Source: Octopus vulgaris (Eukaryota). From it: DNA of 64,000 nt. Shown here in pieces: positions 14,083-26,108 of the stretch (positions within the stretch are counted from its first letter, which is position 1; each line of letters opens with the position of its first letter). The notes under the pieces are model-generated. The model saw nothing but the letters and a program-made list of their open reading frames with translations. It made no database searches and was not told the DNA's origin. The translations under genes were made by a program, and so were the position numbers. The stretch spans positions 109,306,001 to 109,370,000 of the forward strand of contig OX597817.1 of NCBI GenBank assembly GCA_951406725.2. Reading direction: 5' to 3'.

Positions 14083-14953
14083 CATATATACGACAGGCTT
14101 CTTTCAGTTTCCGTCTACCAAATCCACTCACAAGGCATTGGTCGGCCCGGGGCTATAGCAGAAGACACTTGCCCAAGATGCCACGCAGTGGGACTGAACC
14201 CGGAACCATGTGGTTGGTTAGCAAGCTACTTACCACACAGCCACTCCTGCGCCTTGTTTGAAAAAGACCGATAAGTCTGCCTGGCGAGAACAGAAAATTG
14301 AAATTTTCGTACCTTACTGGAGGAGATTCCGTTGCTGTAGTCTGGATCCCAAAACTTCTGCCTTGCTTTCCCATTTGACAAAGCTAGGTCTCTTATCAAA
14401 TCATTCAAATTTTCTTGATTAAGCAAGCGTGGCTCATGTTTCTTAGAATCAACTACGTACTCTTCGTCGATAAGAGAATCAAGGGGTTCATCGTGCGACG
14501 TGTCAAGGTCTTCAAGTGAATCATGTGAGAGGGGAAATGGGACAGGGTTCTCGAAGTCATGCGGGACCGGTTTTAGAGCCAACTTAAGATCTGCAGACCC
14601 AACTTTTGCTTTGGTTTTCTTTGAGAAACCATTAATATTAGTCATGCAAAAGTAGCAACCAGAGACATGACTGGCTGGCTCACGCTATTCTATTGGTACA
14701 GCAAAAAGCATTCCCTTCCGTCTTCCATTCAGCCACTGTGTAAGTCCTAACACACGGCGGGTGCAGCATATATGAGGTGTCCACCTCTCTTCACCTGAAA
14801 TAGTATTTATAGGCAGTTTTTACACCCGAAATATTATTTATAGGCAGTTTTTAATTTGGTAGTAAGGTTCTTCCGCTGGTCACGCGGAGCAAATTTTCCA
14901 CATACATAACAAAAGTTGTTTGGGTGATTCAGACAGCCTCCTCTCTGATTCAT
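12863..14953 (-). pseudogene. Transposase pseudogene of the Chapaev3-like element
   Basis: MNQRGGCLNHPNNFCYVCGK, PHICC, REPASHVSGCYFC, LNDLIRDLALS, EWRLSIDSSK, LPSLHIKLSLMK, GIFIGSEIR, NFLGI, GCHMSLKMHFL, HQEISEMEK and DYC. Many stops and frameshifts; split by the SINE at 13830-14253. Confidence 0.85.
13830..14253 (-). mobile_element. tRNA-derived SINE, family A, inserted in the transposase gene
   Basis: Well-preserved copy with head GGCGCAGGAGTGGCTGTGTGGTAAG...GGTTCAGTCCC. The transposase reading continues across it (..SVFFKQ | ..NNACF..). Confidence 0.92.
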
Positions 14954-15935
14954 GATTTAACCTAATGAACACTGTTAAAACAGTAATCACGCACAGCAAG
15001 AGTTACATATACCACATGTGACGACAGCGAAAACGACACTGAGATTTACCAAGAACAAACGGACGTATTTGACGCATGTACATAATACGTCAGCCTCATG
15101 TATTGCTACACTAAATAATGAACTTTCTCAGCGCTTGTTTTATTGCTGCTATTCATATAGGCAAATTTTATAATATGGCCTTAAACTCCCCGGAAATAAA
15201 TATAGTTATAATCTTGCGCATGCGTATAACTCCAAACGTTGGCATGCTAGTGCAATTCTGAGTGCGGATTCAGAATCAGTATCTTCGATTTAGTCTGAAA
15301 CACAGTAGCAAAATCTATTTTGTCCAGTGTTATATGACAGCTAGCAGATACATGGACTACAGCAACACTAAGGTGGTACTTTTTATCAATCGCTAGGCTA
15401 CAACATTCCTCAGTAAGACTATTTTTAATGCCTGAATTCAAATAATAGTCCAAAGCTGTATTTAAAACGCGACGGGCTATACTTGGAATTTCTTTCAACT
15501 ATACGTTTTCTTCAACGGTAACTTGAAGAATGACACTCATTGATTTATCGCGGTTTACATCTGGTATTTCTATGTTCTCGTACAGATGTGGACAAAGACA
15601 TGTAGAAGAATATGCAGGTGTTCTATCAGAAAACTTATTCGAAGAAGACGGCTAAGCATTACCTCTTCAAAGTCCACCCGTTGTTTGAAAGGTATTGCTT
15701 TTTGTCCTGCAGAGTATATAATGAAAACAACCTTTCTCACCAAGTAGGTTAGGTAGGATTGGGTCTATTGTGTGAAGGTCCGATCATGCGACAGGTTGTA
15801 CGTGATTACATGTTACCGGTAGCATTGAGAGTAGCCTAGCATAACATACACACACACACATTTATAGATACATAGATATATGCATACATACATACATACA
15901 TACATACATACATACATACATACATACATACATAC

Positions 15936-17700
15936 AACTGAGAACAGAATAATTGTTGCTGAGAGGATAGGTATTTCAAAGAGAATATTCCAGAGAGATA
16001 GTCTTTCTGTACTTCTTTTCATTTTGGCACTAAATCCAATATCGTTTCTACTGCAGAAAATAAATGGTTACACGCTAGAATCTTCAACTGCTAGAAATAT
16101 CAATGTAATTCATAATTTCTTTGGAGACGACCCGAAGATTTATGCTAAATGTGTTAACAATGCCAAAAAACAACTGAAATTAATAACAATTTTTCAGCTG
16201 ATATAAGCATGGAATTCAGTCAAAAGAAGTGTTTATATTTGGTTATAGAACGAGGAAAGTCCTTACCCCAAACCCAAAACCTGTGCATCAACGGTCTTTC
16301 TATCTCCTCCATTCCACACAAATAATGTTACAAGTACCTAGGCATAGACGGAAATGTATTATATGAAGGCACTGTGAGTAACGAAAGAATGACCCGAGAA
16401 TATTACATCAGACTTAGGAAAATATGGCAGTCGGAATTCTCCTCTTAAAACAAAACAATATCGCACAATACATTTTCAGTAACAATGCTGATCCCAACAT
16501 TTGGGATACTTGATTGATCTGCAGAGGAAATCCTCACCATTGATACTACAATCCGCAAAATCCCGCAGAAACGGGAAGTCCCGCAGAAACAGTGATGTTA
16601 ACAGGCTATATCTAAGAAGAAATGAAGGCCTGAGATCAGTGAAGACGGCCTTCGAACGCTCTAGGTATCACTCATGCAGCACCTGCTAAACAACAGCAAC
16701 AAAAATAAATATATTAATGCTGTGCTGAAAAGTGAAGTGAGCAACATTGCACGAGTTGGCTGAGAAACTCCTTCAAAGACACTCTCTTCCTGATGATCTG
16801 CTATACGACCCCAAAATATCTGGGCTGTCTTACTTCATACAACATACTTCTTACAACATACAAAAAAAATACCATGCATGATTGAATGGACACGAGCGCA
16901 ACGTCTCTTGGACACAAGACCTCTACATCACATCACACTTTCAAGGTTATGCGTTTGCAATCCAGGAACAGGAGATTACCACAAAGTACCTGGTGAACAA
17001 GACAGACAGCGACGCTCTTGTAATCTCAAGGTACAACCGCATGTGTAGGCTATGTCTTGTTTCTGTGGAAGACATTACACATGTGGTTAGCAGCTGTCCT
17101 AAAATCTCAGGGTACTTCCTCCCTATGCAGCACGATGTTGTTGCTAAAACAATTTACAATGCCATCCGCAAAAAAGACTGTCCTGAATTAAACTTAGAAA
17201 ATCCCTTTGTTATGGAATACATGCATAAACACTAACTCAAGGAATACTTGTAAAATATTCCCATCAAAACCTATGTCAAATGTAAACATAACAGGCCGGA
17301 TATTGTTGCTTGGGGCACAAGGGCAAATGTATGTACCATCATAGAGGTTGGCCGCCCTGCAGATATGAATATCTCTTGGAAAATCAAAGAAAAGAGGATA
17401 TCTATGGACAACTGTTTCGAAACCTCCAGCTTCTATATCCAGACTATGAATTCATATTGAACCAATTATAATTGGAGCACTATGTTTTGTTAGTAAAAGC
17501 TTAAAGGAGAATCTTAAAGGAGAAATTGACCGGCTGATTCATACATTGTCAGTGCAATCTGTGGGTGGAACAGTAAAAATATGCAAAACTTTTCTCAAGT
17601 TCCAAATGTAAATTTGTCTGTCTTAACTGCATCTCAAAGATGGAGTCTTGTACCTTTGGTGGAAACCGGCTCCCACTTCAGTGGAAGATTTATAATTATT
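15936..17700 (+). mobile_element. 5'-truncated R4/Dong-like RLE LINE (RT, CCHC knuckle, restriction-like endonuclease)
   Basis: IFQRDSLSVLLFILALNP and HNFFGDD (RT, ORF 15880-16206), YKYLGID, SDVNRLYLRRNEG, FAIQEQEI, CRLC..EDITHVVSSC (ORF 16882-17235), RPDIVAW..IIEV (PD..D/ExK nuclease). The 5' end abuts (CATA)n. Confidence 0.88.
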
Positions 17701-18183
17701 AAAAAATAGAAGAGACACATATATAATACCAGTACTCAAGATACACTTACAGCTTCATACCTGATATTACTGGAGCAACATGATATATACCCAGGCCTTC
17801 TGAGCAAAGTTTGGTTGAAGTTGGGACATTAAGGACCGAACGCAAGTGCTTCATTTATACTCTACATATTATCATGATATCAGGGACTATAAATCTGTAA
17901 GACCATCTCAAGTTTTAACAAACAATGAACAAGATATAATGTATTCCTTCACAAACATGCTACCAAATAGTTGTTGTTGGGTCAAAACTTATACTAAATG
18001 AATAAAAGGAGAAAGAGAAGAACATATATACCGAAAAGCATATACTACTGTGCGTGAGGAAACGTTGAATGTATAGAGTAAAATATCAAGAATCATAATC
18101 AGGACAATGAAAGTAAAAGTTTTTACAAGTTATGTATAAGTATCCCGTTAAACACAAAGCACCTATACACATCCACACATAAT

Positions 18184-18244
<61 letters not shown>

Positions 18245-19616
18245 ATTGTATTCGATGTGAATGCAGACTGTTGTGGAGATTAGTAATATCCTCGAAGAGA
18301 AGGATTTCTAATTTTGCATTCAATGAGTATGTAAATGCATAACTATATAAACAGACACAAAGAAATATATGTGCATTGAATATTTGTGCATTGAAGTAAT
18401 ATATTACTTCTCGTATATACGTAGAATAGTTTAACAACTATTGCGCTTAAGGTGAAACAAACGTTTATCATAGGTAAAAAATTAAACTCGTAGAGATGAT
18501 AATTACATTTCAATTATGCTATTATTATAGTATGATTTTTAAAGCTGAGGTATCTGGCGATTTCTATCAACAGTGTCCCCGTAAATGAAATTTAAAAGGT
18601 TCTGACTCCAATCTGTCTTACTTCGGAAGTCACATCATACATACAGACATAATATCACATACACACAACACAACATAAATACGTGTATGCATATATATAT
18701 GTGTGTGTATGTAAATATTTATGTACCCATATATGCATAACATATATGCTCATATATAAATTACAGTGCCATATAACGGTGATTAAAGATAAAGCTATAT
18801 TATAATAAAGTCTGCGATTCCAAAACCTTCCCCACAACACGAAACTCCTGGAAATTAAGAAAGTTAATTAAAGTGTACTACTTAACTATTGTACTAAAAG
18901 CTATGTCCAGAAAACATTTCAAATATATATTAACAAAATGATAATCTTCTGAAGCGTTGATCTGGAGAACATTTCTGTATATCAACTTATTTCTTCACTG
19001 TATCTGCGCAGTTCGAAGCATTTCTAAGTAGACCACATAAAGATGAAATTTTGACTCTGGTCACAAAGGAATGACTCTAAGTGTGTAGTGATTAGGGGAA
19101 TATTAGCAATATATAATTCCATGTCAGTCGAGACTGATTTAATGTGTTATGTATAATATTATAGTTGAAATGATTAGTGTAAAACTGCAATAAACAAGAT
19201 CTAGTATACAAACGTTTTACGAGAAAGCAATATATATTGAATCTCAGAGCCAACACTGACGAAGTGTCCAGACAACAAACTGTTATGTAGGTTAATTTTG
19301 ATAACGCAGTGACCGGAGAAAGGACTTATTGCATTTTATTCTAGAGTTGTATTTAAGACCACTTTGTAAATAAAAAGTATGCTATAAAATAACGTTTTTA
19401 AAATCTAACCTTCTCGAAATTATTGACTGAAAAATGTGATATTGTTACACGTTAAACACACACACGCACACAGCGTAACTTCTCTCATCTGTATGTGTAT
19501 ATATATATATAAATTTCATACTTGACAACCTAATAAAATTATTTTAGCATTTTCTACCTTGACTTATTTTCCTTACACACATACTTACACACACATAAAT
19601 ACATACAGACACACAG

Positions 19617-19669
<53 letters not shown>

Positions 19670-19699
19670 AGACAGGGTAGAGAATACAAAATAATTTTA

Positions 19700-20964
19700 T
19701 TAGGTCCTCCAGTATGAAATTTGTAGTAAATCATATGGTAAACTTTGACAGCTCCTCATTTTGCGCCATTATTATATATTGACGATCTTAATTTTTTGTT
19801 AGAAAACTGATACATCATTCTCTCTATTCTAACTCATTTTGCGCGTTATAAAATTGTTATAAATCGTTTTTTGCCATTTTTTGTTTATAGTCGGAAATTC
19901 GTACAGTTTTGAAATATGTGTTCTTTCTTGGAAATACAGCATCACAGACAGCTCGGAATATTAATGGAGTTTTTCATTTTAATGTTATTACACAGCAGAC
20001 AGTATCAAATTGGTTTGCAAAATTTCGTTCTGGTAACTTTGACCTCACAAATGAGCAACGCGGTCGACCAGAAACAAAAGTGGATAATGACGAACTGAAA
20101 GCCACCGTCAAGTCAGATCCATCTCAAAGTGCCCGTGAAATATCGTTGTTGTTTGATGTTAGCAAGCAAACAGTATTGACTCACTTAGTTCAAATCGGTA
20201 AAGAAAAAAAGTTGGATATGTGGGTTCCACATGAACTCAAGGAAAATCAGAAACAGCAACGTTTGGAAGCCTGCATTATGCTACTTTCTCGTCTCAAAAA
20301 TGAATCATTTTTTAATTGAATTGTAATATGTATTGAGAAATGGATCCAATACAGCAGCCATAATGTTCAGCACAGTGGTTGGACAAAGAAGAGCTGCCAA
20401 AATACAGTCCAAAAACCAAAATTCATCAAAAGAAGCTGATGGAGTGTGCTTTGTGGTCTGGCGCAGCTGTTAGCCATCATGATTTCATTAAACCTGGCTC
20501 ATCAATCACAGTCAAAGTATACTGCAGCCACATGGACCAAATGATGCAGAAACTTACAAAAACAGCCACGATTAGTCAACAGACTAATAAAACTCCTGTT
20601 TTATTGCAAGGCAACGCCAGACCACACATTTACGAAACTACAGGTGTTGGAATTGGAAGTTCTCCATCATCCACCATTCTCACCTGATCTTCCCCCACTG
20701 ACTACCACAACATCCAGAAATTTGGATAACGTTTTGATAGGAAAAAAAAATTATTCCGACGATGTTGTAATACAGGCCTTCCAAGATTTTATTGACTCTA
20801 GATTGCCAGGGTGCTACATTTCAGGGCTGGAAAAGCTACCGCTGAAATAGAAAAAGTGGATTGACAGTATGGGTGCATACTTTGATGAATAAAACTATTT
20901 CTTGTATTTGTAAAACATTAGCAAACTTTTTTCTTTTCTACAAATTTTATACTTGACAACCTAA
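19700..20964 (+). mobile_element. Full-length defective mariner (DD34D) transposon, Hsmar1/cecropia-like
   Basis: TIRs TTAGGTCCTCCAGTATGAAATTTGTAG and CTACAAATTTTATACTTGACAACCTAA with TA flanks. ORFs 19909-20319 (WFAKFRSGNFDL, GRP, WVPHEL), 20379-20687 (LQGNARPH) and 20644-20850 (HPPFSPDL). Confidence 0.93.
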
Positions 20965-21227
20965 TATCATGAAATACATTTTTAACGGTTAGTACCGGTT
21001 TGTACCGGTTTCAATCTTTTAGACTTTTTCAACTAAGTGTAAAACGAAGGTGGATATTAATTAAGAATAAAGCAATTGAATCGAGCAAAAAATGAAAAGT
21101 TTTGTAAATATTTACATAGTCTTCAAAAAGGCTGAACATTTTCCTTTTTCCTCTCTCATTTCCTTTGTGAAGACTCGGTAGGTGTATATATCGAGGTCTC
21201 TTTCTTTTGTTATCTCACCGTTTTTAT

Positions 21228-21273
<46 letters not shown>

Positions 21274-22152
21274 TTATATATGCCTAAATAAGTCATTTAT
21301 AACGCGGAGAGGTTTGATTGGAATCCAGAATCAAATCAGAATTGTAGAGTTAATCTAATTCGCATTTACTTCGATATTAAAGTGTTTATCACGGTTGTAC
21401 AGAATATGTCTTTGCATTAGCACTACCTGCGTTTCCAAAATTATGAAACGGAACTGATCAAACGCAAAATCGAACATAGTGGTACTCCAGTTCACAATGT
21501 ATAGTAATAGAATTAAATAGCAAAATACATTTAGGAAGTTGTTCTGTGCTTTCCTCCTCTCCCACACTTACTAATATGAGGAATCAATTTGGAATGAAGG
21601 TAATTGAGTGAGGCAAGTCAAAATTATGGGAATTAACAGATGTTGCCTTCCGTCAATTAAAGATGTGCGTTTATGTATATATTCGACTTCAAATCACGGT
21701 ATTTTCTATGATATACTGCCATGGAAATATTAGTTTTTGACATACGTCCAAATGTTTCAAGTTTTCGAACATTGCAAACTTTGCCAAAGCATTGCATACT
21801 TCATTTCGATAAAATCATTAAATGTTATTTTTCTGAATATCGATGAATTTAATTAGTGACTTATAAGACAAGCGGATTAATACACCAGAGAGTTAGATGA
21901 CGTATATCTAATTCAACGTATTAGCTGCTGTCATTTGTACGTCACATTCAGGGAGATTGCAGCGTCTCAAATAATGAAGGAATTATTAACTATATTATTA
22001 GTCGATTGAATTGTCTCCTATGGTTATTCAATTAAACTTTTGGCAAAAGGGAAAAAATTGAGTGGAATAGTACACACAAACACAAACACACACACTCATA
22101 CACACACACACAAACGTATCCTAACGTATGTATGCATATATATTTGTATATA

Positions 22153-22235
<83 letters not shown>

Positions 22236-22291
22236 CGCGTGCGTGTGTGTGCATATATATATATAGAAGAAAACAACATAGCATCAAAACG

Positions 22292-22535
22292 ATGAATAGC
22301 TTTGCGTAAACTATTGGTTCGTTTTGTTCTCTTACTTTATTATCATCTTATAATCATCTCATAATAATGACCTTTATGACTCGTATTACTACCTCAGTCA
22401 TTCTAAATGTATATATTTGTCGCTACCTGTCATAAATAGCATTTTTCTATTTGCAATATGCATTTTCGTTGATTTTTCATATTTTACTCTTACATTTCCA
22501 CGTGTATTTTATATTTTCTTTTCGTAACATATTTC

Positions 22536-22540
<5 letters not shown>
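22292..22540 (-). repeat. Second copy of the 250-bp (TA)n-embedded repeat
   Basis: Reverse complement of 11822-12074; flanked by TA runs. Confidence 0.85.
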
Positions 22541-22589
<49 letters not shown>

Positions 22590-22631
22590 TAAATCACTGA
22601 ACAAGGTATAAACAGTAGCTGCACGACAATG

Positions 22632-22806
22632 TAAAGTATATTTGCCACCTAAATGTGGCTAACTACTAAAGGTGGATGCTACTGCAGCTGATAGGGCACA
22701 GAAAGTGTGTCAATAGCCAGCTGGAGAAGATTTTCTCCTGGGGCTAAAAGCTACAGTAACAGTTAACCTTAGTGGTTAGCCACAATTAAGAGGCAAATAT
22801 ACTTTA
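22632..22806. mobile_element. Fold-back / MITE-like element with about 70-bp imperfect inverted arms
   Basis: TAAAGTATATTTGCCACCTAAATGTGGCTAACTACTAAAGG... pairs with ...CCTTAGTGGTTAGCCACAATTAAGAGGCAAATATACTTTA; lies between (TA)n runs. Confidence 0.7.
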
Positions 22807-23204
22807 TATATATATATATACATATATATATATTATGAGATCTCATAATGCAGGGAAACGGCTGAATAATCACGTACCTGCACGTCTGGAGAACTACATC
22901 GCGTTGAAACAATTGCAGGGATTGAGAAAATAAATGTCCAACCGTACTCTTTCTTGCTGACTCCAAATTTGTTCAGTTATCTATTCACACACGACAGAAA
23001 GCTAAACGCAAACCCGGAATTATGTATAATACTAACTAATGACATTTACTACATAGTCATAATTTCCTGGAGAGGAGGATAAAGATTGATTGCTTATATA
23101 CACATTAGTAAACGACTCCTTTAAATTTATGGAGCCCAAAGTATAGGAAGAATACGTGATTTTAGAAGCATTTAATCTCAGCTGATAACGAATATTAATA
23201 ATAA

Positions 23205-23410
23205 TCCTTTCTATTATAGGCGCAAGGGCTGAAATTGTGGAGAGGGATTTAGTCTATTACATATACAGGAGTGATCAGCTGCTACTTATCTTATAGACTC
23301 CGAAGATTGGTAAATTCAATCTCAGTGGAATTGGTATTTGAACTTAGAATGTAAAAAGTCGGTTGAGATGCTGCTAATAGTTTGTCCGACGCGTTACGAT
23401 ACTTCGCCTT
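23205..23410 (-). mobile_element. SINE family B, degenerate copy
   Basis: Diverged reverse complement of the family B sequence at 52402-52636; similar to 49295-49498. Confidence 0.65.
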
Positions 23411-23413
23411 TTC

Positions 23414-23465
<52 letters not shown>

Positions 23466-23984
23466 CCCTAAAGCAGTACCAGGCAGTGGCTCTCATGGCT
23501 TCTGATCTGAACTGATTGGAAGTGTTATCATGTACGTTGTTTTGTCTTGCTATAAAAGATGGGCTACAGCAAATATTCTGCTCAATACCACAGATTTGCT
23601 TGTCAGTTGTTTGACCATAACCTGTTGAGCATCTCCCCTAGTGGCTGACAATATGTGCATTTTTTATCACAAGCTGAAGTAGTAGGGGAGCATCATAGCC
23701 ATATGTTGAGAGGGATTCTTTGGGGTTTGAATAATTCACCTCTGGAAACATGGGTGTTTCGTTCAACATCCTTAAACAACCCTTATTCAGGGACTTTTTG
23801 AGCGAGATGGTTACTCGACCTGAAGAAAATTCTAACTGGGCCCCACCTGCAAGGTCTTGGGCTATTTATCTTGATATGAGATCACCATGTCACGCACATG
23901 TGGTAGTGAGGTATGTGCCAAGTGTACCCTTATCAGACGGGAGGTCATGATGGGAATACTGGGCTTCGTATATTTTACCCCAGC

Positions 23985-25106
23985 ATTAGAGCAGAAGAAA
24001 ACAACATAGCATGAAATGTAAAAGAATGCCACAGAACCGCTATTATTGGAAGTAAGAAGCTTAGGCTTGTGTAGGATGGAAGAATGCTACGATAAAGCTC
24101 TGTACAAGCACTTAAGAATGAATGAAACTGAAAATAGGTGGATAAAGAAAAGAATGCATGGAAAACTTCGTAAAGATGTTCAAAATAAGACAGACACAGA
24201 AAAAAGATGGCTATGCGTGACTAAAAGTGATTTAAAACAGGAAACTGAGGCTCTAATTTGTGCAAGCATTAAGAACCAATTACATCAAATACCGAATAGA
24301 CAACACATCAGAAAGTGATAAGTGCTGAATTTGTAGACAAAATGGTGAAACCGTATGGCATAATATCAGTAGTATTATTCAGTAGTCTTAATTGTTACAC
24401 GAGCTTTCACTGCACTACTGAGCGCAGCTCTGTATGCCTTAGGTATGTGCTGTGGTTTGTTGTGATGCTCTTATATTTACTGTATTGAAAGTGTTTTACG
24501 TAGACTGTGTGGCTGCTAGCCCAGAATGAATATAAGAGACGTCATGACAACAAACCAAGGATTGTCCATTGGACATTTTGCAACAAATATGGACTTCACA
24601 AAGCGAAAAAGTGGTACGAACATAAACCCGAAGGCATCATCGAAATGATTATGCAAAGATCCTCCGGAATTTTATGATTCAGTGCGACCATGAGATAAAG
24701 TATAGTAAACCAGACATAGTGTTAATTGAGAAAAAAACGAAACGATGCTGGATCATAGATATAATATGCTCAGGTGACAACAAGGTATGCGATAAGGAAG
24801 AAAGAAAAGTCAATAGATAAGACAGGTTTATCTTGAGAGTTTAAGCAGTTGTAGTCACTGAAAAAGGTGGTAGTAGTGCCAATATTTGTCGAAACCCTGG
24901 GAACAATGAGTAAAAATCATCCGAAATACATGGAACAAATACGGACCGCAATAATGGTCGAGCATTTGCAGAAAACAGCACTGTTTGGAGCCGCACGAAT
25001 ACTCTGGATGGGGCTCGAAAAATAAGAGGTGTTACCTTAGTTCGCTGGTAGTGAACAGCTGAGACCGTAGTACATCTCCAGCATTAGAAGCTGTGCAAAG
25101 ACAATA

Positions 25107-25108
<2 letters not shown>
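23985..25108 (+). mobile_element. R4/Dong-like RLE LINE 3' fragment ending in (AAT)n
   Basis: WIKKRMHGK..KSDLKQETEALICA (ORF 24046-24318), GETVWHIIS, AQNEYKRRHD, KWYEHKPEG, KPDIVLIEKK..CWIIDI, EHLQKTALFG; followed by a long AAT array. Confidence 0.88.
24372..24515 (-). mobile_element. Inverted 3' end of a second RLE LINE family nested in the first
   Basis: Reverse complement of about 25435-25580 (...AACACTTTCAATACAGTAA...GACTACTGAATAATA). Confidence 0.8.
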
Positions 25109-25182
<74 letters not shown>

Positions 25183-25208
25183 TTCATAATAATAACAGCA
25201 ACAACAAC

Positions 25209-25268
<60 letters not shown>
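25109..25268. repeat. (AAT)n microsatellite
   Basis: Direct reading; further arrays at 25577-25665 and 26057-26116. Confidence 0.95.
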
Positions 25269-25269
25269 T

Positions 25270-25572
25270 TTAAAAAAACATGGAAATAAGGTAACTCGAA
25301 TGTGGAGTTTAAAAGCAGAAACAATTCCTATAATAGTAGGCGCATTAGGTATGATAAAAAAAATATTCAGCCAAATATAGAACAAAAAACACCAAGACTA
25401 ACAAGTATATATAACATACAGAAAATAGCACAACTAAGCACCGCACACAGCCTACGTAAAACACTTTCAATACAGTAAAAATAAGAGCATCACGACAACC
25501 CACAGCACATACCCAAGGCACACAGAGCTGCGCTCAGTAGTGCAGTGAAAGCACGTGTAAAAATGAAGACTA

Positions 25573-25576
<4 letters not shown>
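25270..25576 (+). mobile_element. Short 3' fragment of RLE LINE family 2
   Basis: VTRMWSLKAETIPIIVGALG...NIQKIAQL, then a 3' UTR and (AAT)n; near-identical to 25760-26056. Confidence 0.85.
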
Positions 25577-25651
<75 letters not shown>

Positions 25652-25665
25652 TCATAATAATAATA

Positions 25666-26052
25666 TCATGAAGAAAAAAATGCTTTCTAATTGATGTATC
25701 AATACCGGCAGATGACAACGTGTCTCTAAAAGAAATGGAGAAACTCTCAAAATACAAAGACCTGGAAATAGAGGTAACTAGAATGTGGAATCTGAAAACA
25801 GAAACAATTCCTATCATAGTAGGTGCATTAGGCATGATAAAAAATATTCAGACAAATACATAACAAAAACACCAGGACTTACAAACACATATAACATACA
25901 GAAAATTGCACTACTAGGCACTGCACACATCCTACGCAGAACACTTTCCATACAATAACCATCAGAGCATCACAACAAATCACAGCACATACCCAAGGCA
26001 CACAGAACTGCGCTCGGTAGTGAAGTGAAAGCACGCTATAAAAATAAAACTA

Positions 26053-26056
<4 letters not shown>
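25666..26056 (+). mobile_element. 3' fragment of RLE LINE family 2 (endonuclease end plus 3' UTR)
   Basis: KKCFLIDVSIPADDNVSLKEMEKLSKYKDLEIEVTRMWNLKTETIPIIVGALG...NIQKIALLGTAHILRRTL; flanked by AAT arrays on both sides. Confidence 0.9.

Positions 26057-26108
<52 letters not shown>

Larger units (their letters stand above)
12550..15329 (-). mobile_element. Chapaev3-like (CMC superfamily) DNA transposon, full length, defective, interrupted by a SINE
   Basis: Termini CAATGGGCAAC... (decayed CAC) and ...TTGTCCAGTG followed by TTA. Imperfect subterminal inverted repeats (ACTAAATCG...CAGAATTG at about 12605-12650 versus 15250-15300). Carries the transposase pseudogene listed below. Superfamily call is from recalled motif and terminus similarity. 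Confidence 0.75.

Noticed and set aside
15500-15840. Possible L2/CR1 3' end ending in (CATA)n; a similar hint at 46480-46700
   Set aside because: Only a few residues resemble the motif, so it cannot be called.
22285-22325. Hairpin AAAACGATGAA...GTAAAC...TTCGTTTT resembling a hammerhead
   Set aside because: Both copies of the repeat lack CUGANGA and GAAA.
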